In this document: one piece after another, positions 28,080 through 37,667 of the stretch
Position numbering within the stretch: position 1 is the first letter of the stretch
Layout: the number at the start of each line of letters is the position of its first letter
Source: a virus
Taxonomy: Duplodnaviria; Caudoviricetes
Strand: one strand, 5' to 3'
IMG/VR virus record: IMGVR_UViG_3300029288_007050
Location: 1 to 64,000 of that record
Length of the DNA: 64,000 bases
Program-made: the position numbers and the translations under genes
Notes under the pieces: model-generated
Database searches by the model: none
Seen by the model: only the letters and a program-made list of their open reading frames with translations
What the model was told of the DNA's origin: nothing

Positions 28080-28371
28080 ATTCACTCAAGAGACTAGAGA
28101 TTTATTCTTTTGGAACAAAAAATGTTGGTGGTGCGGACAAAATCATTGGAATTGTCTCCATCATATATTAGGACGTGTTTCAAATAGTCCACTGAACGCA
28201 GCACCTATCGCAAACTTTGGTTGTCATATCGGTAATGGAAAACTTTCACAATTTGAAGTAAGAAAAAAGATGTTAAAAAAGACGTTAGAATATCTATTAG
28301 AAAATGGATACGTTTTGACAGAAAAAGATAAAGAGTTTAAGAAGAAATATGAAAAATACTACAAAAGCTAA
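28066..28371 (+). CDS. HNH-like Zn-binding small nuclease
   Basis: CWWC...LHHILGR...N...CH. Confidence 0.6.
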   Translation: MLKNEFTQETRDLFFWNKKCWWCGQNHWNCLHHILGRVSNSPLNAAPIANFGCHIGNGKLSQFEVRKKMLKKTLEYLLENGYVLTEKDKEFKKKYEKYYKS

Positions 28372-29065
28372 GATAAGTATAAATACGAGAATGAAAACAT
28401 ACTATGAAAATCAGACTAAGTTTTTTCTTTTGAGAAGAACTCCTGTCATCATACGTTTAGATGGAAAATGTTTTCATTCTTTGACTAAAAACTGTGAAAA
28501 ACCATTCGATGAGAATTTCAGAAAAGCGATGGTGTCAACGTCATTGAAACTTTGTGAAAGCATACAAAACGTAAAATTAGCATATTCAGCAAGTGACGAA
28601 ATTTCATTATTATTAGTTGATTATAATAATTTAGACACTTGCCAGTGGTTCGATGGAGAAATACAGAAGATAGTTTCTATTTCCGCTTCAATTGCTGGAG
28701 TCGAATTCACAAAAATCTTTGGAAAAGAAGGACACTTTGATAGTAGAACATTTAACATACCGAGAGAAGAAGTATGCAATTATTTTATTGCAAGACAACA
28801 AGATGCTATCAGAAATAGTATTCAAGCAGTCGCACAATCACAATTCTCTCACAAGACTTTGCACAAGCTAAATACTAAACAACTTCGAGAAAAGCTTTTA
28901 AAAGAAAAACAAGTTGACTGGAATGATATTCCAGAATACTATAAAAAGGGCTTTGCTTTATATTATAAAACAAATGACGAAGACGTCAAACTTTCGAATT
29001 GGATTATTGATATTCAAATACCTAAGTTCAATGAAGAACGAGAATACGTAGAAAGGTTCATATAA
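28349..29065 (+). CDS. Thg1-like protein (tRNA-His guanylyltransferase / 3'-5' polymerase)
   Basis: IRLDGKCFH, SDEIS, WFDG..QK, FDSR, RQQDAIRNS. Confidence 0.92.
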   Translation: MKNTTKAKISINTRMKTYYENQTKFFLLRRTPVIIRLDGKCFHSLTKNCEKPFDENFRKAMVSTSLKLCESIQNVKLAYSASDEISLLLVDYNNLDTCQWFDGEIQKIVSISASIAGVEFTKIFGKEGHFDSRTFNIPREEVCNYFIARQQDAIRNSIQAVAQSQFSHKTLHKLNTKQLREKLLKEKQVDWNDIPEYYKKGFALYYKTNDEDVKLSNWIIDIQIPKFNEEREYVERFI

Positions 29066-29072
29066 TAGGGTA

Positions 29073-29101
29073 TTTACAAATATATCAGAATATGGTATAA
29101 T
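29073..29101 (+). promoter_or_regulatory. sigma70-type promoter
   Basis: TTTACA-N17-TATAAT. Confidence 0.85.
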
Positions 29102-29107
29102 AGGAAT

Positions 29108-29317
29108 ATGGATATAGAAAAAATAAAAACATACATAGAACAAGGCATCAAACAAGAAGTTGAAAAAGAATTCGATGCCCTGAAAGACAAACTCATTAAA
29201 GATCTCGAAATGAAGAAAAATGAAATTTGCGCTGGTATTCTATTAAACATCATGAAAACCATAGATATACAGAATCTTAACGACAGAGTCATTTTTACGA
29301 TTAGAGAAATCAAATGA
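29108..29317 (+). CDS. hypothetical protein (near-leaderless)
   Basis: ATG 7 nt after the -10 box. Confidence 0.6.
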   Translation: MDIEKIKTYIEQGIKQEVEKEFDALKDKLIKDLEMKKNEICAGILLNIMKTIDIQNLNDRVIFTIREIK

Positions 29318-29435
29318 ACAGAAAGATGTTATTCGGTTTAATAGTTTTCGTCGCGGGTATGATTTTATCTAATACTGGTCATCCGATTTTAGGTCTTTCT
29401 GGTGGTCTAATTGGTATATATTTTGTATTCGTCAA

Positions 29436-29864
29436 ATGAACACTTTTCTTCCATTTACTGATTTCGCTGAATCTGCAGCAGTTCTAGACAATAAACGACT
29501 CGGTAAACAAAGAGTAGAGACGTATCAAATTTTGAGAGTTCTTCTTAATATCACAGAATCGAAAGCTTGGCGAAATCATCCAGCAGTAAAAATGTGGAAA
29601 AATCATGAAGGTTGTCTTATAGAATATGGAATAGCAATATGCACAGAATGGAGAAAAAGAGGTTTCAAAGACACATGTCTAGATAAGATTAATGCATTGC
29701 GCAAATACGTCATGTCAGAAAGTTATGTTAAACCAGAGTGGCTCGGGAATGAAAATCTTCATCTAGCATACAAATCAAATTTGTTAAGAAAAGATTTTAA
29801 TTATTATAAACAATATAATTGGCCGTGCGATAACAATCTAAGTTATATCTGGCCTGTAAAATAA
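29436..29864 (+). CDS. pyrimidine-dimer DNA glycosylase/endonuclease V-like protein
   Basis: MNTFLP...LDNKRLGKQRVE, WRNHPAVKMW, SNLLRKD. Confidence 0.85.
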   Translation: MNTFLPFTDFAESAAVLDNKRLGKQRVETYQILRVLLNITESKAWRNHPAVKMWKNHEGCLIEYGIAICTEWRKRGFKDTCLDKINALRKYVMSESYVKPEWLGNENLHLAYKSNLLRKDFNYYKQYNWPCDNNLSYIWPVK

Positions 29865-29865
29865 T

Positions 29866-30951
29866 ATGAGAAAATTAGCAACAATACAACAAATCGAAGA
29901 CGTTCAACCTATCGAAAACGCTGATTCGATCGAAAAAGTAAAAATCAAGGAATGGTGGGTTGTTTCGAAGAAAGATACTTTTAAAAAAGGTGATCTTTGC
30001 GTATATTTCGAAATAGACTCATTACTACCTTCTGATAATCCAGAATTTGAATTTCTTTCAAAAGGGACAAAAGAAAAAACGATGATGATCGAAGGAAAAG
30101 AATATAAAGGATACAGACTAAAAACTATAAAACTAAGAGGTCAAGTATCTCAAGGTCTAGCATTACCGATTGATATTGCTATTAAAAAAATCAATTCTTT
30201 ATCTCAGGAAGAGGCAGTCAAATACAACATATATCCAGATGATTTTACAGCTGGAGTAGAAGTTTCAGATCTTCTCAACGTAGTCAAATATGAACCACCT
30301 GTTCCTGCTAATCTTTCTGGTGTAATGAAAGGTTTCTTTCCAGGATTCATTCCAAGAACAGATGAAGAAAGAATTCAGAATTGTGCAGATATTTTAGAAA
30401 AACATAAAGGAGAAACGTTTTATATCACAGAAAAATTAGATGGTTCGTCTGTGACATACTACAAAAGAAACGGAGAATTTGGTGTATGCGGAAGAAATTG
30501 GGAACTGAAAGAAACTGAAGAAAACACTATGTGGAGAGTCGCAAAAGAAATGAATCTTATCGAAAAATTAGAAGACGGATTTGCTATTCAGGGAGAAATA
30601 ATCGGAGAAGGCATACAGAAAAATCCGCTTAAAATAAAAGGTCAACGTATATACTTCTTTAACGTCTATGATATAAAGAAAGGTCGATATCTAGATTTCA
30701 AAGATTTTGTTGTCTTCTGCCAGAGAATGGGAATCAATACAGTTCCGATCGTCGACTCAGCTTATACGTTGTCTAGCACCGCTGAAGAATTGATAGAAAT
30801 GGCTAATGGCAAAAGTCTACTATGCGAAACAGCAAATAGAGAAGGTTTAGTATTTAGACCAATAGTAGAAGGAAGAGACGAAATCAATGGTTCTATTTCT
30901 AGACTTTCTTTCAAAGTAGTCTCGAATGATTATTTATTAAAAGAAGAATAA
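29866..30951 (+). CDS. ATP-dependent RNA ligase (DRB0094/Rnl5-type with N-terminal OB domain)
   Basis: RKLATI, YFEIDS, LRGQVSQGL, TEKLDGSS, QGE, EGLV, SFK. Confidence 0.9.
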   Translation: MRKLATIQQIEDVQPIENADSIEKVKIKEWWVVSKKDTFKKGDLCVYFEIDSLLPSDNPEFEFLSKGTKEKTMMIEGKEYKGYRLKTIKLRGQVSQGLALPIDIAIKKINSLSQEEAVKYNIYPDDFTAGVEVSDLLNVVKYEPPVPANLSGVMKGFFPGFIPRTDEERIQNCADILEKHKGETFYITEKLDGSSVTYYKRNGEFGVCGRNWELKETEENTMWRVAKEMNLIEKLEDGFAIQGEIIGEGIQKNPLKIKGQRIYFFNVYDIKKGRYLDFKDFVVFCQRMGINTVPIVDSAYTLSSTAEELIEMANGKSLLCETANREGLVFRPIVEGRDEINGSISRLSFKVVSNDYLLKEE

Positions 30952-30955
30952 AAAC

Positions 30956-31519
30956 ATGAAAACTTCTACAATCGTCATAATTAGTTTGTTAGCAGTGTTA
31001 TTATTAATAACACTTATAACGATAGGATCGTATAATGGTTTTGTAAAAAAGAATCAAAACGTAGAGACAGCATGGTCACAAGTAGAAAATCAATATCAAA
31101 GAAGATTTGATCTGATACCCAATCTTGTTAATTCTGTGAAAGGAATGATGAAACAAGAACAAGAAGTATTTGAATCTATAGCAGAAGCTAGAACACAGTA
31201 TGCTGGAGCTTCGAACATAAATTCAAAAATCGATGCTGCTCAAAACATAGAAACTAGTTTGGGTAGACTATTGGCTATAATGGAAAACTATCCTGAACTT
31301 AAATCTAGTCAAAACGTAACAGGCTTGATGGACGAACTATCTGGCACAGAAAATAGAATATCTGTAGAAAGAAATAGATATAATGAAAATGTCAGAACAT
31401 ACAACGTGTCTGTGAAGACGTTTCCCTCGAACATATTCGCAAACATATTTGGTTTCGAAACAATGAATTTCTTCGAATCTACTGAAAACGCTAACATAGC
31501 GCCTGAAGTAAATATATGA
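30956..31519 (+). CDS. lemA: LemA family protein
   Basis: YN, AWSQVENQYQRRFDLIPNLV, ENYPELK, ENRI..ER.RYN. Confidence 0.93.
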   Translation: MKTSTIVIISLLAVLLLITLITIGSYNGFVKKNQNVETAWSQVENQYQRRFDLIPNLVNSVKGMMKQEQEVFESIAEARTQYAGASNINSKIDAAQNIETSLGRLLAIMENYPELKSSQNVTGLMDELSGTENRISVERNRYNENVRTYNVSVKTFPSNIFANIFGFETMNFFESTENANIAPEVNI

Positions 31520-32235
31520 ACGTCTTTAAATCAACAATACTGATAATCTCTTCGATTCTGTTTTTATCGCCAGCATTAGTATATTCTCTAGATGTGCCAG
31601 AATATCATAATTGGGTTAATGATTATGCTAATGTTATCGATGACGACGTCGAATCTGTCTTGAATAACACAATCGCTGAATTTGAAGAAAAAACTTCGTC
31701 AGAAATAACTGTCGTAACAATAAATTCTCTTGATGGAGAAAATCTAGAAGACTTTTCAATGAAAATAGCAGACAATTGGAAGGTAGGCAAAGAAGACAAA
31801 GACAATGGTATCATGTTATTGTTTGCCATAGCAGAAAAAAGAGTTAGATTAGAAGTAGGTTATGGTCTAGAAGGAGTAATCAATGATGCTAAAGCTGGTA
31901 GGATTTTAGACGACTGTGTCGTCGAGTTCAGAGACGAGGGCGATTACACTAATGCTGCGAAAAATGGTGTCGAGTGCATCATTCAAGAGATAGGTACTGA
32001 AGAATGGACAGAAGAACAATCCGGTTCTGGATCTGCTATTCTATTGTTCATTATCATTGGTTTCTTTGGATTATTTTTCATTTGTGCAATTTTTTCTAGC
32101 TCTAGTGGTGGAAGTATTGGTTCTGGTTTTATTGGTGGCGGTATCGGTTTAGGAAGTAGCGGGGGAAGCAGTGGAGGCAGTAGTTTTGGTGGTTTCGGTG
32201 GTGGTAGTTTTGGTGGGGGAGGCGCTTCAAGATAA
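31516..32235 (+). CDS. TPM-domain (YgcG-like) membrane protein
   Basis: VNDYA, WKVG..DKDNG, RLEVGYGLEG; Gly-rich tail FGGGSFGGGGAS. Confidence 0.92.
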   Translation: MNVFKSTILIISSILFLSPALVYSLDVPEYHNWVNDYANVIDDDVESVLNNTIAEFEEKTSSEITVVTINSLDGENLEDFSMKIADNWKVGKEDKDNGIMLLFAIAEKRVRLEVGYGLEGVINDAKAGRILDDCVVEFRDEGDYTNAAKNGVECIIQEIGTEEWTEEQSGSGSAILLFIIIGFFGLFFICAIFSSSSGGSIGSGFIGGGIGLGSSGGSSGGSSFGGFGGGSFGGGGASR

Positions 32236-32255
32236 TTCGAAATGTATTTATTTCT

Positions 32256-32576
32256 ATGAAAAAATATCAAACTATAATTGGATGTCTGTTAATTGCTATT
32301 GCTCTCTATTTTGGTCTATCTAGTATTGATATTGATATAGAAGTCAAAAATACTTCGTCTCCTCAGAGTATTCAAGAAAAACTTATACAAGAAAAATTTC
32401 AAGCATATCAAGACTGGGGTTATTATAATGGTCTTGCGATGCCTAAAAGAATTTTATCTGAAAACGAATGGTTTAAGAAAACAGGAGACAACAATTACGA
32501 TCCGAATCTAACGTGCGAACAGCTCATAGACGAAATGTACGACATAGGATATAAAAACGCAAATCGACCAGATTAA
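32256..32576 (+). CDS. hypothetical membrane-anchored protein
   Basis: N-terminal hydrophobic helix. Confidence 0.6.
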   Translation: MKKYQTIIGCLLIAIALYFGLSSIDIDIEVKNTSSPQSIQEKLIQEKFQAYQDWGYYNGLAMPKRILSENEWFKKTGDNNYDPNLTCEQLIDEMYDIGYKNANRPD

Positions 32577-32594
32577 AAAATCTAAAAACAAAAA

Positions 32595-33809
32595 ATGAAA
32601 AAAGTAATATCAACAGAAAAAATACCGATCAAATTATGGTTAGACGATATTGAAGAAGGCGCTTTGCAACAAGCTAGAAATCTTGCTAATTTGCCTTTCG
32701 GTTTCAAATGGATTTCTATAATGCCTGATTCTCATCAGGGTTTCGGTATGCCGATAGGTGGTGTTATGGCTACAAAAGGAATAGTAGTACCAAACGCTGT
32801 CGGTGTTGATATTGGGTGTGGTATGTGCGCAGTCAAAACGTCTTTGACAGAAATCGACCAAGAAAAACTTAAGAAAATAATGGGAAGAATCCGGAAAGAA
32901 ATTCCAGTCGGTTTCAGTCATCACAAATCAAAACAGAATGAAGATCTAATGCCAAAATTTCCAAGTGAATCTAAACCAGACTGGGACGTTAATTTAATGC
33001 CAGTATGTGTAAGTGAATACGAAAACGCTTTAAAACAGATTGGAACTCTTGGAGGAGGAAATCATTTCATTGAAATTCAAAAAGGAAGTGATGGTCACAT
33101 CTGGTTAATGATACATAGCGGTTCTAGAAACTTTGGTTTAAAGATTGCTAAACACTACAACGATTTAGCAATAGAATTAAACAAAAAATGGCACACTCAA
33201 GTTCCGCATGAATGGAAATTGGCATTCTTGCCGATGGATTCGAAAGAAGGATACACCTATTTGAGAGAAATGCAATACGCTGTTGATTTTGCTTTAGCTA
33301 ATAGAAAACTGATGATGGATAGAATACAAAACATCGTAAACGACGTCTGCTGGTTAAATTTAGACAACGTTCTTCCTGACAAATCACCTTTAGTCATAGA
33401 CGAAATGATAAATATTGCTCATAATTATGCTAAGATGGAAAACCATTTCGGAGAAAACGTCTTAGTCCATAGAAAAGGAGCTACGTTAGCTACAGAAAAA
33501 ACAATAGGTATAATTCCAGGTTCGATGGGTACTTCAAGTTATATCGTCCAAGGTTTGGGAAATCCAGATTCGTTTAATTCTTGTTCACACGGAGCTGGTA
33601 GAAAAATGAGTAGAAAAAAAGCTATCTCTGATCTTAATTTAGAAGAAGAACAGAAAAAAATGACAGGTATTTTGGGAGCACCAAGAAATAAAGACGAGTT
33701 AGAAGAAGCACCAGGTGCTTATAAAGATATAGACGTCGTCATGGAAAATCAGAAAGATCTTGTTAAGATTTTAGTTGAGCTTAGACCATTAGCTGTTATC
33801 AAAGGTTAG
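32595..33809 (+). CDS. rtcB: RtcB RNA 2',3'-cyclic phosphate/5'-OH ligase
   Basis: MPDSHQG, VGVDIGCG, GTLGGGNHFIE, HSGSR, HN, HRKGA, PGSMG, SHGAGR. Confidence 0.95.
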   Translation: MKKVISTEKIPIKLWLDDIEEGALQQARNLANLPFGFKWISIMPDSHQGFGMPIGGVMATKGIVVPNAVGVDIGCGMCAVKTSLTEIDQEKLKKIMGRIRKEIPVGFSHHKSKQNEDLMPKFPSESKPDWDVNLMPVCVSEYENALKQIGTLGGGNHFIEIQKGSDGHIWLMIHSGSRNFGLKIAKHYNDLAIELNKKWHTQVPHEWKLAFLPMDSKEGYTYLREMQYAVDFALANRKLMMDRIQNIVNDVCWLNLDNVLPDKSPLVIDEMINIAHNYAKMENHFGENVLVHRKGATLATEKTIGIIPGSMGTSSYIVQGLGNPDSFNSCSHGAGRKMSRKKAISDLNLEEEQKKMTGILGAPRNKDELEEAPGAYKDIDVVMENQKDLVKILVELRPLAVIKG

Positions 33810-33811
33810 AA

Positions 33812-33882
33812 CAGGGTGAGGTGTTACGGTAGCATTCATAGTTTGGAACTATGAGGCCTTAGTTCGACTCTAAGCACCCTGA
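33812..33882 (+). tRNA. tRNA-Pro(UGG)
   Basis: CATAG-TTTGGAA-CTATG; acceptor CAGGGTG/CACCCTG; 2 nt after rtcB stop. Confidence 0.92.
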
Positions 33883-34016
33883 ATGTTTAGAGATATAAAA
33901 ATAGGTTTCTTTATTTATCCAAGCGCTCTAGAACGCTATGAGAGCTTGGTATAAATATAAACTTGATATATTATACGTTAACATTTTTGTCAACTATACT
34001 TTTCTAAAATAAATGT

Positions 34017-34367
34017 ATGAAAAATAAAATTAGAACATTTAAAACTGGTGCTACAAGAGACACCGACGCTAACAAAATCGACCCAGAAGGATTCATCAGT
34101 CCGATCGTCTTAAAAAGATTTTCAGAATACATGAATAAACATAGAATTCAACCAAATGGTGTCTTACGCGCTAGCGATAATTGGCAAAAAGGAATACCTA
34201 AAGAAGAATACATGAAGTCTGGCTGGAGACATTTTCTAGATTGGTGGTTAGAACATCGTGGTCACAAAAGTCGAAATGGATTAGAAGATGCTTTGTGCGG
34301 AGTGATGTTTAATTCGATGGGTTATTTATTTGAAATTCTAAAAAGCAAAAAAGATGACAAAAAATAA
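34017..34367 (+). CDS. DUF5664-like dATP/dGTP diphosphohydrolase
   Basis: FKTGATRD, DNWQKGIP, RH, FN motif pattern. Confidence 0.7.
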   Translation: MKNKIRTFKTGATRDTDANKIDPEGFISPIVLKRFSEYMNKHRIQPNGVLRASDNWQKGIPKEEYMKSGWRHFLDWWLEHRGHKSRNGLEDALCGVMFNSMGYLFEILKSKKDDKK

Positions 34368-34857
34368 TCAAACGATTTATATCGGTGTAGACAATGGTCT
34401 TGCTGGAGGTTTAGCAATAATACAAGGTCGGAAAATATTAGAATTGTTAACCATGCCAGTTATGGTAGGTAGCAATGACAGAAACGAATACGATATTCTT
34501 TCGATCATAAAAATTCTTCAGAAATACCAGAAAAATTCGACAATGATAATTGAAAAAGCACACGCAATGCCTGTCATAGGCGTCGTTCAAGCTTTTAGTT
34601 TTGGTAAGCTTTATGGTATTATGCTTGGTCTAGCATGTGCTTTACAAATACCTTATAATATAGTTCATTCAAAAACTTGGCAGAGAGAAATGTTTAGAGA
34701 TATTAGTACAGATAACACAAAACAAGCAAGCGCAATGATAGCAAAAAGATTATATCCAGATCAATCTTTCCTAGCATCAGAAAGAAGTAAAAAAATACAT
34801 TCGGGTTTGACGGATGCTATTCTTATTGCAACATACGGTCAAAGAAAGAATTTGTAA
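34354..34857 (+). CDS. RuvC-like Holliday junction resolvase
   Basis: IGVDNGLAGG, IIEK, FSFG, TW, DAILIA. Confidence 0.85.
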   Translation: MTKNNQTIYIGVDNGLAGGLAIIQGRKILELLTMPVMVGSNDRNEYDILSIIKILQKYQKNSTMIIEKAHAMPVIGVVQAFSFGKLYGIMLGLACALQIPYNIVHSKTWQREMFRDISTDNTKQASAMIAKRLYPDQSFLASERSKKIHSGLTDAILIATYGQRKNL

Positions 34858-34872
34858 AGGTCGAAAAGGGCG

Positions 34873-34901
34873 TTTACAAACGCTTCTAAATATGGTATAA
34901 T
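34873..34901 (+). promoter_or_regulatory. sigma70-type promoter heading the Ubl-containing operon
   Basis: TTTACA-N17-TATAAT. Confidence 0.85.
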
Positions 34902-34952
34902 ATATTAAAGCTAAAAATTAAAAGTCGAGAAATTAACGTTCAAAAACAAAAA

Positions 34953-35210
34953 ATGCAAAACATAAAACTAAACGACAAAATCAAATACGTCAAAAGAATA
35001 CTTAGAACACCTTATCATTTCTTTTACGTCCCAATGAAAACGAGTTTGATAGGAATAAAATTTGAAGATAGGAATGGACAGAGTTTTGATTTTACTGGTC
35101 CAAATATGTTCGAAGCAGTTGTGACAGCTGAAAATTACGTCAACGAAGGTCTTAGAGAAGGAAACCTAAAAGAACCCGAACCAAGGAAAAAGAAAGAAGA
35201 AGCGAAATAA
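34953..35210 (+). CDS. hypothetical protein
   Basis: first ORF after promoter. Confidence 0.6.
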   Translation: MQNIKLNDKIKYVKRILRTPYHFFYVPMKTSLIGIKFEDRNGQSFDFTGPNMFEAVVTAENYVNEGLREGNLKEPEPRKKKEEAK

Positions 35211-35220
35211 AAAAGAATCT

Positions 35221-35487
35221 ATGAAGATAAATAAAATTATATGTGACATCTGTGACAAAGAGATAGATGTCAATAATGAAGCTGGTTTAGCGATGTACGA
35301 ACATATAAGTATTCAGCAGAAACTCAATTTAATGCCAGACGTTTTATCGAAAGGAGAAACAAATCCACAGACTAACAAAGAAATAATTAAAGTTTATTTT
35401 GATCTCTGCAATGAATGTGCTTTAGAAACAGAAGCTTTCTTGATAAAGTTAAGAGAAAAGAAAATTAACGATAAAGGTCGAAAATAA
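35221..35487 (+). CDS. Zn-finger protein
   Basis: CDIC...DLCNEC. Confidence 0.65.
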   Translation: MKINKIICDICDKEIDVNNEAGLAMYEHISIQQKLNLMPDVLSKGETNPQTNKEIIKVYFDLCNECALETEAFLIKLREKKINDKGRK

Positions 35488-35511
35488 AAATTAATAAGAC
35501 TAAAAACAAAT

Positions 35512-35781
35512 ATGAGCGTAAAATACATCAAAGAGAATTATCCAGAAACGTATCCAACGATGGACGAAGAAGCTCTAAGATGGATCTTCAAAAATAAGAA
35601 TATTCTTAGAGAAAAATTCAGTAAACGTTTCCCGAAATCGCCGTTTCTATTCGTCGTTCAAATCAAAACTGAGAGAGGCACAGTGTTAGTCAACGACGAA
35701 GCAGAAGTCAAACGAGTTGACAAAGTCGCTTATCTAAGTTGGAAGACTTTAAGACAACTCGGTTGTCCGACAAGTTTTTAG
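35512..35781 (+). CDS. hypothetical protein
   Basis: ORF directly upstream of Ubl. Confidence 0.6.
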   Translation: MSVKYIKENYPETYPTMDEEALRWIFKNKNILREKFSKRFPKSPFLFVVQIKTERGTVLVNDEAEVKRVDKVAYLSWKTLRQLGCPTSF

Positions 35782-35808
35782 TTATTAATTATTAACAAAA
35801 GAAAAAAC

Positions 35809-36036
35809 ATGAAAAAAGTAGACAGAATTAAGATTGTCATCGGGAGATTTGGTTCTGATCCAGAGAAATTAGAAATCTCAAAAGGAGCTACTGTCGAAGA
35901 AGCTCTTGAAGAAGCTGGTATCACTCTAAACTCAACTGAAAAAATCTGGGTTAATGGTGAGAAAGCTACTAGAAAAGACATTCTCGAAAACGATGACAAT
36001 TTATTGTTAGTCAGTCCAAAACAAGCTGGTTTCTAA
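35809..36036 (+). CDS. ubiquitin-like beta-grasp protein (ThiS/MoaD/Ubl)
   Basis: 75 aa; GATVEEAL..AGI, WVNG, LENDD.LLLV, C-terminus KQAG-F. Confidence 0.8.
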   Translation: MKKVDRIKIVIGRFGSDPEKLEISKGATVEEALEEAGITLNSTEKIWVNGEKATRKDILENDDNLLLVSPKQAGF

Positions 36037-36041
36037 TTAGT

Positions 36042-36875
36042 ATGACGAAATTTCGATCTTGGTACAAACAGTATGTCGATATATGCAACAAGAAATACGT
36101 TGCTTATGTAGATGACTTAAAGAAAAAGATAGAAACAGAAAGAACAGCTTTTCAGAAATTGATCGACTACAGAATGAAAACAAACTTGATGCATTCATTA
36201 GAATTAGATGGAAAAATTAACCAGAAGTCAGAACAAATAGCAAATTTAGAGTCTTCTATAATAAAAATTTCTTCTGTAAAAGAAGAAATGGATAACAGAG
36301 TATCAGATCTGAGCGCAGACAAACTATACGAAAAAATATTGAAGCATCCTAAAGTCGACAAGATCGAAATTGAAAATGATGATTTAAACATCATCACGAA
36401 GAAACTTAAAGTAAGGGATAAAAACATAGGTCATTTCAAATTTACATACAACCCGAAAACCGATAGATTGTTTATCAGAAATCTAGAATACGTAGTCGAA
36501 GGAATATTTGACCACTGGCATATAAAATTTGGTGACCCATGTTTAGCTGACTGGAAACCGATATTGTGGAAATACTTAGATACTTTCCAGATTTTCTTTT
36601 TTGTCGATACGTTGATTCATTATCTCTTATTGTCAAATTCGAATCATGCATACAAGCCATTCGAAGAATGGATTAAATTGTTCGAAAAGAAAGAAGAAGT
36701 AAAAAAGCAAGAAATAAATGCGTCAGAACTTTCTGCTGATCAATTAGCTTACGCAGAAATGTATAATGCAGTATATATAAGAGCAAGTGAATATGCAGCA
36801 GGTTGGGTTGACGGCACGACTACAGCTACTACGATGTCATCGTCTTATACGTATTGGGCTGATGCAACTAGTTAA
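36042..36875 (+). CDS. prokaryotic E2-like (UBC-fold) protein with N-terminal coiled coil
   Basis: HWHIKFGDPCL resembles E2 HPN/HI..G.(I/P)CL active-site motif; operon context. Confidence 0.6.
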   Translation: MTKFRSWYKQYVDICNKKYVAYVDDLKKKIETERTAFQKLIDYRMKTNLMHSLELDGKINQKSEQIANLESSIIKISSVKEEMDNRVSDLSADKLYEKILKHPKVDKIEIENDDLNIITKKLKVRDKNIGHFKFTYNPKTDRLFIRNLEYVVEGIFDHWHIKFGDPCLADWKPILWKYLDTFQIFFFVDTLIHYLLLSNSNHAYKPFEEWIKLFEKKEEVKKQEINASELSADQLAYAEMYNAVYIRASEYAAGWVDGTTTATTMSSSYTYWADATS

Positions 36876-36881
36876 TAAAGA

Positions 36882-37110
36882 TATGGAGAGTCTAGAACAA
36901 ATGGAAAAAAGAATAAAAGAAGAAGGAGAAATAAGATGTCCACATTGTGATCATCTGCAATCAGACGATGACGGCGCGTATCCAATAAGTTATCATGGAA
37001 GTGAAGACGGACCAGAAGAAAGATGTTGTGACGAATGCGGAAAAAAGTTTTATGTCAGAGAAAACGTCAGAAGATCTTATGACGTTGCTGCAAATCAAGA
37101 AGATTTATGA
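36882..37110 (+). CDS. Zn-ribbon protein
   Basis: CPHC...CDEC; ATG 36882 preferred. Confidence 0.65.
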
Positions 37111-37667
37111 TTACTCTTAAAATAACTAAAGAAGCATACCTGAAACTTAGATGTTTTACTGAATTATGCGATACAGAAATTTCTGGTTTGGGTAAAGTTA
37201 AAGAAAATGGTGATAGCGAATTCGAGATATATGATATAGAACTTTTTGAACAGAATGCTTCCTTCGGCCACAGTGATTTAGATGAAGAGAAATTAGCTAA
37301 ATTCTTGAATGAAAAGATAATCAAGAAAGAAAACATTAAAGACTATAAAGTTTGGTGGCATTCTCATGCAGACATGAAAGCATATTTTAGCCCTAGAGAC
37401 GATCGAACAATAGATGAATCCACTGAATTTCCATATCTAATATCTATAGTCACGAATAAAAAAGGAGAAGACTTAATTAGATTAGATTTGTATAAACCAT
37501 TAAGACTGACGATTCCACTAAAAATGGAATTGACTGTAGAACTTGATGAACAACTGAAACTAAAATGTCAAAAAGAAATCAAAGAAAAAGTAAAAAAGAG
37601 GTGGTCAATATCAATTTTCGGAGACAAAAAGATATTTTCGATCCCCAGATATTCCAAAAAACTATAA
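37107..37667 (+). CDS. JAB/MPN+ metallopeptidase (deubiquitinase-like)
   Basis: EISG ... WWHSH....FSPRD (E-x(n)-HxH-x7-S-x2-D). Confidence 0.88.
   Translation: MITLKITKEAYLKLRCFTELCDTEISGLGKVKENGDSEFEIYDIELFEQNASFGHSDLDEEKLAKFLNEKIIKKENIKDYKVWWHSHADMKAYFSPRDDRTIDESTEFPYLISIVTNKKGEDLIRLDLYKPLRLTIPLKMELTVELDEQLKLKCQKEIKEKVKKRWSISIFGDKKIFSIPRYSKKL

Noticed and set aside
32095-32235. GGT-rich low-complexity repeat
   Set aside because: Ordinary Gly/Ser tail of a TPM-family protein.
34017-34367. Z-genome (2-aminoadenine) pathway
   Set aside because: DUF5664-like gene present but no PurZ in this window.
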